In this document: positions 1 to 11,822 of the stretch, one piece after another
Numbering within the stretch: the stretch's first letter is position 1
Layout of the letters: each line of letters begins with the position of its first letter
Source: Epiperipatus broadwayi
Lineage: Eukaryota; Animalia; Onychophora
Assembly: GCA_028023455.1 (NCBI GenBank)
Contig: JAQFVV010000003.1
Span: 22,630,001 to 22,694,000, forward strand
Direction of reading: 5' to 3'
DNA: 64,000 nucleotides
The notes under the pieces: generated by a model
What the model saw: only the letters and a program-made list of their open reading frames with translations
What the model was told of the DNA's origin: nothing
Databases searched by the model: none
Made by a program: the position numbers and the translations under genes

Positions 1-128
1 GTCAAGCTAGACATATTTCTAAAAGAGATGATAATAGCATATTTGTTGGTATAATGAAGGGGGGGAGTTATAGAATGGAGAAACTAGATTAAACTTGGAG
101 AGACATTCATTCTGCAGTGAGTCAATGT
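1..128 (+). mobile_element. 3' end fragment of RTE-clade LINE
   Basis: Decayed QARHISKRDDN (cf. WAGHIARRNDNRW in the 60 kb copy). The 3' motif AAACTTGGAGAGACATTCATTCTGCAGTG matches the termini of the other RTE copies in the window. Confidence 0.8.
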
Positions 129-1692
129 CTCAACCTACCATTATCAAGCTCAATTTCAAATTCGGATGAAAATTGTTTTTAAGAGCATACAATTCTAAAA
201 AAAAAAGAAGTAAACTTTTTCCAAAAAGTTAACCCATGGCCAATCTGTTTAGTCAATAGATTTATTACTTAGAAGTTATAACAATAAAAAAAAACATAAA
301 AATTAATTCAACTGATAGTTGATGAGCCTGCTAAGTAATGTAATGCCGTTACCTTCTTTGTTCCCATACAGAAGATGCTGAAAAAGCCTTTGCACTGTAA
401 TGGCTTATTAAGAGCTGTTTTATCTTTTATTTTATATGTTTGCCTGAGATAACTACATTAGTGAGCTGAATATATGAAGTATAAGAGATTAAGATGTTTA
501 GTTTTGGTTAAAGTAGTGATCAATGATATTAAAAGATTTAAATCTATATCAGAGAGCACTAAAATTTGTTCTATATTTATTACAAATATTTTCAGCTGTT
601 ATTAATATTAATGGTTAAGAGTAAATGTAATATTCCCAATTGGGTTTTCTAACATGGACAGAAATCATTTCTTCAGATTGCAATATATTTGGAATTTCTA
701 TTAAAAAGTTTAATACCACATATATGTATATTTGATTATAAAAATATTCAAAATTTAAAAATAACTAGTATGCAATCATAATATTTATGCAGAAAATGGG
801 GCAGGAATTTTGTAGGAAGTTGAGCTTCATATCTGGTCAAAAGAATCGGCTGTTGAAATTCTTGTCTTGCTAGAAGATTGATGTCTTTTACATGAAATAT
901 ATAAATATAATGAGAGGAATCCACCTGATATCTTCATGACATAATGGAGTGCAATTTAGAAACACTGGAATTAATCTGATTAAGTATTAACACTATATAT
1001 TTACCTTGACATTTATGATAGTCATCAATTAAAGTGTTGTTTGAAATAAAATTATATTTGCCTCTGCTTAAAATAATAGAAGTTCAATATGATAAATTAA
1101 AAATATGATCATAATGGTAATATATTCATGCTAAAATTTTTTTAATATATTACATGAATTTACTAGACTTATTCTGACATAGTTAGCAGTACTTAAACAT
1201 TTAGCATATCTGACAAGGCTATGTTATAGAAGATGTATATTAGAAATCAATTTATTTATTTTATATTAGATAGCACTTAATAATATTAAAAGATTTAATT
1301 CTTGCAAGCATATTTACATGTCAAACATGCCACTAAACAAATATAGTGTTTCCTTGATTTTCTTTTAATATAGTAAATGAATGAAATGCATATTTTTATA
1401 TGACATCATCTAATAGAAAATTATTTTATTATTAAAAGAGTCTTTATAACATTGTCTTATAATTTATTTATTTTTTGTAAAATCTATTTTTAAAAAAAAT
1501 TATAAAAAAAATATAGAGAGAATTCATGTCTGGGTAGTTTAGATGGAGCTAATTATTTTTTAATAATAATTTACATTATAATGAATTGTCTCAATAAATT
1601 ACTATTTCAAATTTATTTGCAGAAAGTAAAATAATGTGTTATATTAAAAAAAAAAAAGTGGAAGTTTGTCAACAGTTTTTGGAAATCCATAT

Positions 1693-1726
<34 letters not shown>

Positions 1727-2610
1727 ATTGTCCAAATGCAGTTTCTAATGTGAATTTGCACTTCCAAATTATAATTTATCATGTTATTATTCAAATATAA
1801 GTATATATTCTGTACTAAACTTAACATAATTAGAAAAGACTTAAACTCAGACTTTTAAGCTCCTTACAGCTATGTACTACATCTTATACTACTGATACAC
1901 ATATGAAAAAGATAAATGATCTCTAATATACATATTTTGTATATTATTAAATAAACTTATGAAAGCAAATTATTATCATAACCTAATATTTATTTTACGA
2001 AAAAAGACTTCACCTTAAATAACATTTTCATCTTTAGAAAGCATTGGCATGAAACACAATAGCTAAGTATTTTTATATATAATTTTAAATAAATCTCCAA
2101 AAATGCTATTCCTTCTATGCATTCTTCAAATTGTCTTATTCAATTCCTTGAAGTCTGCTGTACTAACAATTTTTTTTTTTTTTTAATTTTAATTGCAATT
2201 TTATGAAGGCTAAATGGGAAGGGGGAGGTGTCTATTTAAAAATGTACATATCAAAATTCACAATTTATGAATAATTTTAAAATTAATAACTTTAAAAATG
2301 TTTCAATTCTTTATTTTTTAATTTCATGGCACTGATTATATTTTCATAGATTTATTTTTTATGGGGTATATTAAATTTAAGAAACATAAAATATGTAATC
2401 TTTGATATCATATAAATTGAATTTATTCTGAAAATTGCTTCTTCAACTATATGGCATATATATTAATTAACAAATTAAATTTGCATTAGAGAATACTAAA
2501 ATTCACTTACTGTTTACTACAAATACTTTCAGGGCAATTATTAATATTATATATATGTGTGTAGAATAAATTTTATGCCACAAATCTTTATTTCCATTTT
2601 AAAATTGCAG

Positions 2611-2810
2611 AAAAACCAAATGGACTACGCATGTGTCAATACCGTCATTCTCTGTGGCTTGATTTCCTTTTTCAAACTAAGTATATCTTATTAAAATCAG
2701 ATAAAAATTATATTTTTTATTAATAAATCCATTTAATTTTTTTTTGTGCTCAATTTATTAAATTGTACAGAGAAGACGAGGTGTACATTTTTGAAATGGG
2801 AAAATTTTAA
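2611..2810 (+). CDS. Candidate last two coding exons of an unidentified host gene (2611-2680 and 2771-2810)
   Basis: TTGCAG and GTACAG acceptors, a GTATAT donor and a 90-bp AT-rich intron. The spliced frame is open: (E)KPNGLRMCQYRHSLWLDFLFQTKEDEVYIFEMGKF-stop. Three CpGs are retained in a CpG-poor background. Protein not recognised. Confidence 0.3.
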
Positions 2811-3254
2811 TTTGTAAGTAGATTCAACATGGATTGAAGATTTTGCAACTTCAAGACCTTCATACCAAAAACAAACATAAATAACATAAGTATTCCATTT
2901 TAGATTTTTTTTTTTATTTGAATTATTATTATTTTAAAAAGTTATTATTTCATGAAAGTAATTGTAATAATAAATATAATTAGTGTGTGTTGTACTAGCA
3001 TGTCCGTGTTTATGTAATGAAAGTGATTTTGACTGTATACATAAATTTAGCAAATTATGTACGATGTAATTTTGGGGCTGGTCCAAGTTTGAAGAGAGTC
3101 TTATTTTATAGACATAATAATTCTCAAAAAGTTTAACAATTTATTGGTAGGTCTGTATTTGTATTAGTGTGTTTGTACTTGCTTGTCTGTGTTTGTATCA
3201 TAAGTAAAGATTTTCTCTCTATATATAAAATTAAGCTGTTATAGAGCAATGCAA

Positions 3255-3700
3255 TGTAATTTTAAGGCTGATTATAAGATGTGTAGAAAGGTTGCAGTTA
3301 TTGAAGCAATCATTAAATTTACTGGGCATATATAAACTTTTAAAATCAATTAAGAGTGGTTTCAAGTGGTATGTGGTGATAGCCACAATGTTTTATGTAT
3401 ACCACATGAAATTGTATACAGGCAAAGAATCAAATCTGGATGCTTGCCTATGCCTTGGTACTCATGCTATCGAGTCATTAGTTTTGTCACATCTTGCATT
3501 ACATTATTTTCAAGTCTACAACTAGCAAATGAGCTATATCTAAATAAATTATATCTCTGTAGCACAAATAAATATAACAAGATAGCATCACTGGTATGCA
3601 CAAAAAATATAAAATGAAGAGGAGACTCATTTTATCATTACTTTCAATTTCTAGTTTGGATGGTCAAGAAGCTAACTGCTATGATTAAAAAGCATATCCA
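3255..3700 (+). pseudogene. Decayed piggyBac (PGBD-type) DDD transposase fragment
   Basis: Frameshifted segments KVAVIEAIIKFTG (cf. VxVDExMIxFxG), IKSGFKWYVVIATMFYVYHMKLYTGKE (cf. KxGxKxWxxxxxxGYxYxFxxYxGK) and FSSLQLANELYLNKLYLCSTNKYNK (cf. FTSxxLxxxLxxxxxYxxGTxRxNR), in the correct order. Confidence 0.75.
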
Positions 3701-4769
3701 TCTTCTGAAAATGATTTATGTTGTATTTTTTTATTAGGAAGAGTTTTTTTTTCTTGAGGTTTTTTAATCTGGAGTACAAGAAAAAATGAGAAATTCTTAT
3801 GGTTCTTTTGTAAGTTCTGAAGCTATGGGTTATCTCAGATAAGAAGTATTATATGTGTTTTAAATCAAATTTTGTAAAAAATATAAAGAAATTGTCAATG
3901 AAAATGTAATTTTAAAACTTAGTTATGATAAACTAAAAATTATGAATAAAGAGTAAAGTAATAATTTTTTAGGCTATTGACATTTTTTTTTCCTTAGTTT
4001 TTTTTAATGGTAATCACTATTATTCTTTATTTTCTGTTAGTTTTTCTAGGTTCTGTCAATGTAAAGCTTTTTGCTCCAATATTATTAAACTGAAGTTATT
4101 GTGAAAATTGTACCTTAAATCAATTCTTTAAAAATTCAATATGGTGACACCCATATCAAAAAGTTACTGAATAATAATAATTGAATAGTTTATTGCTATT
4201 ATAGCATCAGAACTCATACATGAATTCTAATTATACTTGCATCACTTAAAAATCATTCTTCTAACTTATTATGGTTAAGAGTTGATGAGATTGAGCTAAA
4301 TTGTTAGTGTGACAATAGTAATTAATAGCAACCATATACAATTCATCTCTCTCTATATATATATATATAAACACACACACACAATAATTTCTCCTTCAAT
4401 ATATGTTATAATGTGAATTTATTCATACCCAATAGATAAAATAATAGCAAAGTCAAATTCAAATCCATTTCTAAATAATTTCTCATAAGGTAATTTAGGT
4501 AAAAAATAAAAATCTATAGAAAAACAATCATAAATAGTAAGTTACAGTGAAAAAAATCATTAAATATTCCTCCAAAAATAAATAATAATAAAATGGTGTT
4601 GCTTTACTAGGCTAAATAACTGTTAATATATAAGATTTTATCATTTTTCTTTTTGTCTGTTACCCACCTGCTAATGACAGTTAAATACTCATTTACAAAC
4701 TAATAATTAAATAATAATTTAGAGTAGCTATATTTATGAAGAAAAAAGAAGAAAATATATATAAATGAT

Positions 4770-6490
4770 GCATTTATTAAGAAGGATTCAATATCTCAAA
4801 TTTTTTAAAAGTGAGGCAAAAAAGAGTTGATAATGATATAAGAAAGTATAATTGTGAACTAGCAAGGAAAGCTATAGAAGAGAATAAAAGTCTCAAGAGT
4901 GTAAAACAACATCTTGATATTGGTATGAAACTTATTTTTGCAATAAGAAAAAAAGATGGAACTATCATGAAATGTGTAGAAGAGTTCTATCAAAAACTAT
5001 ATAGTAATAAAAAACAAGGAAAAGTATCTCCTACAACTATTATATCTTCTAAATTGTCCAGGTTTTCAAATTTATGAAGAAGGAACTCCAAGTAATGATG
5101 AAATTATAATCAATATCTTAAAAGAAGCAGGTGAATAAATAGAAATTTTTTTGGCAAAATTATATACCAAATGTCTAAATGATAAAGATGTACTAGATGA
5201 TTGGAAGAATGCAGTATTAATGTTAATATTTTTAAAAAAGTGATAAAAAAAACAGACTTATCAGTCTTTTATCAGTTTTATACAAACATTTTATCAAAAT
5301 AATTATAACTTGTCTACAACAAGCTTTGGATTTTAACCAACCAAAAGAATATGCTGGATTCAAAAATGGTTTTAGTACAGTTATAAAAAGGACCAATGAA
5401 TATGAGTTGCCATTATGATTTGGATTTGTAAATTATGAAAAGGCATTTTATTCTATAAACATTTCGTCAGTGATTAAACCATTAGACCATCAAGACATAG
5501 ACTCAAGATATTGTCATATTCTGAAGAATATTTATAAAAATGCAACAGCAACAATTAGTTTGCATAATGATACTAGAACAATTAACATTGAGAAGAGTGT
5601 AAGACAGCATGATTCCATAACTCCAAAACTTTTTACAGCAGTTTTGCAAAAAGTATTTTGTGGATTAAAATGGGAAGTTAAGAAAATAAAAGTAAATGGA
5701 CATTATTTAAACCATCCAGATTTTGCAAATGATGTAGTTGTTTTTTTTTTTTTTTTTGCAAATAATGCTTTAGAGTTTCAAGAAATATTGCAAGAGTTAT
5801 CAGATGAAAGTAAGAAAGAAGGATTAAAAGTAAATGTTAAAAAGTTTAAAGTAATGTTCAATGGATTTTTTCAAAAGAAGAAAATAAAGATTGACAATGA
5901 TGAGTTAGAAGTTAATTACTACAAATATTTTGATCAAATTATTACTATAGATGGAAACACAATGGATGAAATTAATCATAGAAGTAAACTTGGTTGGAGT
6001 GATTTTGATAGAAATAACTTAATATTAAAAGGAAATATACCTAACTGTTTGAAAAGGAAGGTTTTTAATAAATGTGTTTTACTAGTTATTTATGGATCTG
6101 AAACTTGGACATTTAACAAAAGAGCAATATAAAGACTTCATACCACTCAATAAAATATTGAGAGATGCATATTAGGAATAACAACATGAAATCAAGAATG
6201 AAATACATGAGTGACCAAACAAATAGGTGTTATTGACATTAGAAGAAGTGGAGTTGGGCTAGACATATTGCTAAAACAGATAATAGATGGACAGTTACAA
6301 TCTTAAACTGGATTCCAAAAGATTGTAAAAGCCTAGAAAAAGATCACATATGAGATGGATGGATAAAATAACGAAGTGTGCTGCAGTGATGTGGAGAAAA
6401 GATGCTAGATATTGGAGAAGATGGATTGAACTTGGAGAGACCTTCATCCTGTCGTGGATTGATAGTGGTTGAAAATGATGATAATGATAT
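4770..6490 (+). mobile_element. 5'-truncated, decayed RTE-clade LINE (RT domain to 3' tail)
   Basis: ORFs 4811-5077 and 5470-6132 are homologous to the 60 kb copy (SVRQHDSITPKLF, HPDFANDVV, YGSETWTFN). It ends GGTTGAAAATGATGATAATGAT. Confidence 0.92.
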
Positions 6491-7419
6491 GTTCAGATAC
6501 ATAAAAAAAAATTATGAATTTGTTTGGAAATATATAGATATCTGAAAAAATTCCAAATTTCAGCTACAGATCTATTTTAAGACCTGTCACATAGTAAATG
6601 TATTTCTAAATATATATAAACATCAACAAAAAATCCCTATTTTATCATTTAATATAATGGAGTTATCTTTGATGAAATCACATTGTGTTTAAAGACATAA
6701 GGGGTATGGTGTATATTTTCTTATTCTTTTTTGTTGATAATACATTCACAATAATAGAATAACATGTCTTTAAACTTTTAATCAACATTTAACATTTCAT
6801 ATTTATTCACACACTTTAACATTCAAAAACAAATATTGTAGCTCCCTTATCCTCATCGTCTTGGTGAAATCATTATCTTTCACAACTTCAAATTAAAAGT
6901 TCTATTAATATATATAATAATTTCAATTAACATCTGATACTCTATATTACATATCCCCCTCCTCCCCTGTACACTGTTTATCCAGAATACTTATCCTAGC
7001 CTTAAAAAAACAAACCCTAACTATTATACATTATATGCTAATAAGATTATTTTCTGTTGTATATTTGAAATGCTTTCTTCTTACCTATTTTCTATTCCAG
7101 CTCTTTAAATAATGAATTCACCCCCCCCCCACTCGCTGGGCCATAACACTATACATTCATTAAACTGTGAGTCCTCTCCTCTACTTCATTTCTAGTACAA
7201 GTAGGCAGACTGAAATCCCAAACACTTTTTTTCATGATTCATTATCTTACCTATTTGTTTATTTTATTATTCTTTCCATCTTTTTTTTCATGCATTATTA
7301 TCTCTTCTATCAATTTATTTTATCATTCTTTATAATTAAAAATTATTTTATCAATCCATTAAATACTCCTTACATTAAAGTCCCACATATATTTTGTACT
7401 GTAGATATTCAATTGTAAT

Positions 7420-8100
7420 CCGGTGGTCTCTAGTAGAAAATTAAAACTATGCTTATATAGACAAACTGTCTTTAAAACAAATAACCTTGCCACTTTATTT
7501 TCAAAATACTCAACTGAACGGGTGCAAAACATATATTTACGCAGAAATAAAAATTAAGTACGGTGGATATTAAAAATAGATAAGTAAATAAATTGTTTAT
7601 ATGATTATAAAAATTGAAATGCCATAAAATGTAAAAATAAATAAATAGATAATACAGTATTTAAAAAAATATAGTATTAGTTCTAAAGGCATAAATTGCA
7701 GATAAAATAAACACACTCAAAAAAAATCTGCAGATTTGTATAACTTTTTCTATCATTTAGAGGCAGATGTTTTACCGCTATCGTTCACAAGCTTTAAATA
7801 TCATGCCAACTTGTTTAATCTTTTTTTATGATCGAAAATAATAAGGTTGAAAAAAAAAAAAAAAATCGCGCAGAAAGTATTTCTCTTTTATGTTTATCTT
7901 CATAGCAGTCTATGAATCACACAAGCTTATCATAATCTCCAATTATTAATCTATCATTTACAAGTTATAGAAATCAAAACTATTTTTTTTCTAATTTTTT
8001 CAAAATTTTTTTTATACGACTACCTTTATTTATAAACAACACATCTTTCGTTTTCTCTTTCTCATTTATAGTACATTTATCACTTTCTACGACTATTTGT
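7420..8100. promoter_or_regulatory. CpG-retaining segment, possible unmethylated promoter or first-exon region
   Basis: About a dozen CpGs in about 700 bp, against very few per kb elsewhere. No TE coding homology recognised. A minus-strand ATG mini-exon candidate lies at 7486-7532 (MFCTRSVEYFENKVA, AG/GTTATT). Confidence 0.35.
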
Positions 8101-8233
8101 CAATTACATCATTTTGCAGTATATCTTATTCTGTGTGTTAAGGAGAGTGGTGAAAATAGTAGGCTCAAGAATTAAAAGTTTCTAGATTAGTTTCTTGCTT
8201 TAAAAAAAATAAGTCAATCAACTCTCATACATA

Positions 8234-8950
8234 TCAATTGAATATAACTATTGTGCTCATCTGTCTCTCTGGTGATCGAATATCATTTAAACAGCCATTC
8301 TGAGTAGTATGATTCAGTGGTAGTGTAGCTAATTCAAAAGCTAAAATCGATATCCTTGATTCACAACTGCAAAAGTAAAAAAGAAAAATCTCACTTTGGT
8401 AATATGAGGCAAACGTTAAGCACAGCCTATCAATTTGATATTCAAATATCAATTGATTTTTGGAGTTAGAGATTCAACTGAATATATTTACTTTATTATT
8501 ACATTTTCAGAAATTTTGATTTTTGGTAGTTTCTTCATCAATTTTTTCAATTGTATCTACTCCTTTTACTCGTTTGTATGCTCTCAATAGCTGGATTAAT
8601 TTATCAATGTGAAAAATAAGCATAGAACATTAACTTATATGTTTCCAATAAAGCATGGTGACTTTGATTATTTGTCACCCATGGAAAAAAATTCTAAATT
8701 AATGTTTCTCAGTTGGTATATCATGAGATATTATTTAATGTGCAATAGAAAAATACATTCTCTCCCCGTTTCTAATTTTGTCTTGTGTGTAATATAAAAA
8801 GTTGCAGAACTTTTTTTTTTCATTTTAGAAATGTAATATTTTAATTTATCTGATAATACTGTTTTTATAATATATTGAACATGTAATTTTGATGATGTCC
8901 AATATGGTGTATCTGTCAAATGAGCAGCCATGCTAGGATTAAAATACATT
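8234..8950 (-). pseudogene. Unidentified decayed coding-like sequence
   Basis: A chain of protein-like minus-strand frames: MAAHLTDTPYWTSSKLHVQYIIKTVLSDKLK; FPWVTNNQSHHALLETYKLMF; HIDKLIQLLRAYKRVKGVDTIEKIDEETTKN; LIFEYQIDRLCLTFASYYQSE. Family not recognised. Confidence 0.3.
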
Positions 8951-9759
8951 ATTCAGAATCAGATTCCCTTTAAAACTTATCAAAGTTTTACATCTAGAAT
9001 ATTCTGAGATACATAAGACTTTGTTGATCCAATAAAAAATAACAATTATACATAAAAAATAATGAATAATATTTTTAAAATTATTATGATACCACAATAA
9101 TAACATTTACATTAGATACTGAATTTTTTATCATCATTAGCTTTTATGTGTGAACGGTCAAGTTTCGTACATTCATGTAACAGAATCTAGAATCCAGAGA
9201 CCAAAACTGACCAGACCAGGAGTGTGATGTTCCAAATCCAATCACACTTCAATTCATTTGCTAGTACTCCAAGCCTCAAGACCCTACGAATAACCACACT
9301 TGAAGTTACACATAGTGTATCCATGTTTTGCGGACGGCATAAGACAGGGAGAAACATGAAACTTGGGGACTTAATATAAACTAACTTAATTGCTCTCAGC
9401 ATGAAATTAAGGATAACATTTATAAATGGTAATTAATGCATAGAGGGTTATATCATATATATATATATATATAATTAACTAAGACTGAATTGGATTGAAA
9501 TAGAAATGAGAAATAACATGAAACCAGAATAAATTTAACATATATTTATTAAACAAATAAAGCAATGTGGGAAAAGCACGCAGACTTTATAACATGAGGA
9601 TTTAACATGTCTCCTCATTAAATCTTTAATTATTAATATGTGCTGACATATTTAAAGAATCACTAAACGATGCCTACTTTAAATTATGCCAATTCCTATT
9701 GAAAGTGATAGCTACTATTATAAAAATGCTGTACCAGTCTTAGACAAAATATTTATTGC

Positions 9760-10130
9760 GCCGTTATTACTTTAATTAAGTATGAGCATATAACTCAGCT
9801 CAGGGTAGAGATTGAACCCAGAAACCAAAGATATAAATTTCAGTTTAATACTGAATAATTAAATTAGGGGACTCAGAATTGGCTATACAAAATCACTGAC
9901 ATGTTACAGCACTGGCAAATTACAATAACAGAGTGCTCTGTGGATAGATTAGAGTCAAGGATTTTCGTAACCAACACCGTTACCTTGGGACCGAATGTTA
10001 TATTGCTGAAAGGTCATGGTGGCTAACATGACTGCATGGAATTATATGTCAAGTCTTACTGGTATGCGCACCAAAAGAAGGTAAGATGGGGTGGTCTTTC
10101 CCAAGGTCCCATCTTAAGAAGAAGATGCAG
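9760..10130. repeat. GC-richer SINE-like or structured segment
   Basis: B-box-like GGGTTCAATC on the minus strand near 9810-9820, plus three complementary pairs (9982-9990/10099-10107, 10013-10018/10027-10032, 10082-10090/10108-10116). Confidence 0.3.
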
Positions 10131-10849
10131 CAAAACATGAAAGTATGACATTAATTATTACAAAAATATGAGTTAATAACCTGATCAGTATTACTATTAT
10201 GAGCCAATTCTAACACTATATAATCAAGCGACATTAGGGGGATAAATATAATAAAACTCTGGTTTATAGGTTTCAATCTATACATAGAAATTATTATGAG
10301 GAGGAGGAAATATATTTGATTGACTGGCCAAATAATTACTGCATTATACTCTCGTACTACTAAGACTAGTACATTACTCTATTCAGAAATCTCAATAAGA
10401 TGGAATTTAATTTAATAGCAAGCCACACTACATTTTAAATTAAATAAGAATTATAGGAATTCGAACCAGCGAGCATGGAGAATGTCATTAAGAAAATAGT
10501 TATGGGAAAATATTTGCAATTATATCTCCAAATATGTTTATTATATTTTAAATGCTCACTGCTTCGAAACATTGGCCTATAAATAACAAAAAAAAACACA
10601 GAAAATAAATATTATAGGCAGAACCACAGTGATAGACAAAGAAATTAGCGTAGGTTACATTTAGTTTAATTAAGACTTATAGGCAAGTTATACAAATATA
10701 ATATTTACTTTAATGACAATTTATATTGAAGCATTTATAGGATTCGGAAAATTACATTAGATTATTGTTTGCTATCTTTACAACTTATTAAGTAGAAATT
10801 TTTGATTTAGAAATAGTTTGTTAACATAGAGCTCTGTGGTTATAGATTG

Positions 10850-11050
10850 GCATTACCGATTACTTGCTGGACTGGATAAGCAGGTGTTGCTTTCAGGTAT
10901 TGTGGTGGTCTTCTTGAGTAGGTTGTTGCTGAACAGCTTCATGTGGCAGCTCCAGTGATTGAAGCATTGGCTGGCAGTTTCTGTGGGCCATCGCATATTC
11001 TTCAGTCAGACATTTCAAAGATCAATCTGACATGGATTAGGAATGGTGAT
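10850..11050 (-). mobile_element. Possible decayed LTR-retrotransposon integrase C-terminal tail
   Basis: GC-richer island. Minus-strand frames QPMLQSLELPHEAVQQQPTQ and RRPPQYLK resemble the Pro-rich and RxxxxPxYLxD tails of Gypsy/BEL integrases. Resemblance only. Confidence 0.3.
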
Positions 11051-11764
11051 GCTCTTCTAAAATTAATGACTCCCTTTTTCAAGCTCAAAATATACCCTAT
11101 TTATACTTTTATTTCAAAGTACTTGTCTAGAAAAAAACGTGTTTTGCCCGAAAACCCATTAATTCTAAAATATCACACTAAATTGTAAGATTTCCCAATT
11201 TGATCAAAATATTTTTGTTTAGGCTTCCATGACACCGCAAATTCTCTTCTAGCTGTCAATAGTTTTGCTTCAGCAATTTTAATTAATACACTTTTGCTAT
11301 AAACAAATTTGAGTATAGCAATTATCAACTTTCAAACTTTGATTTAACCACAAGTGCAGTGGACTTAAAATGCAAATCTGTTCACAGCTAACTTTTTATT
11401 GTTAACTAATTTAACTAAAAGTTTTTTGTTCTTTTACAAAACTAAATCATGCCACACTATATACATATTATTATATAAGGTGAATCATACATCCACCTAC
11501 AAATTTATATTTACTAAATTTAATAAATTAACATTTCTACTATTTAAAATTATAATATAAATCATTTCTTTATAAAATATACAATTTAAATTCTTATATT
11601 CATTGTAACATCTACTAGCCTATGTGTGTACAGTATTTATTCATATGTGCATATATAGTGCTGCACATACAGCCATGATAGAAAGGTTTATACGTTTATT
11701 TATTAAAATATTCATTTTAATGGGTTTTAACCCAGCAGATAGGTTTGGTGGTTAAATTAAAATG

Positions 11765-11822
11765 TGCAATGAGAAGGACTTGAACCTGAGATTGCAGTAT
11801 GTAGATTAAAGTTTTGCTTAAG
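11765..11822 (-). repeat. tRNA-derived SINE head remnant
   Basis: Minus-strand B-box CAGGTTCAAGTCCTTC; no full cloverleaf. Confidence 0.35.

Noticed and set aside
340-1065. Several short exon candidates on both strands (EDAEKAFAL; LNKPLQCKGFFSIFCMGTKK; GKYNFISNNTLIDDYHKCQ; QEFQQPILLTRYEAQLPTKF)
   Set aside because: They are mutually incompatible, none is recognisable, and they are consistent with chance in AT-rich DNA.
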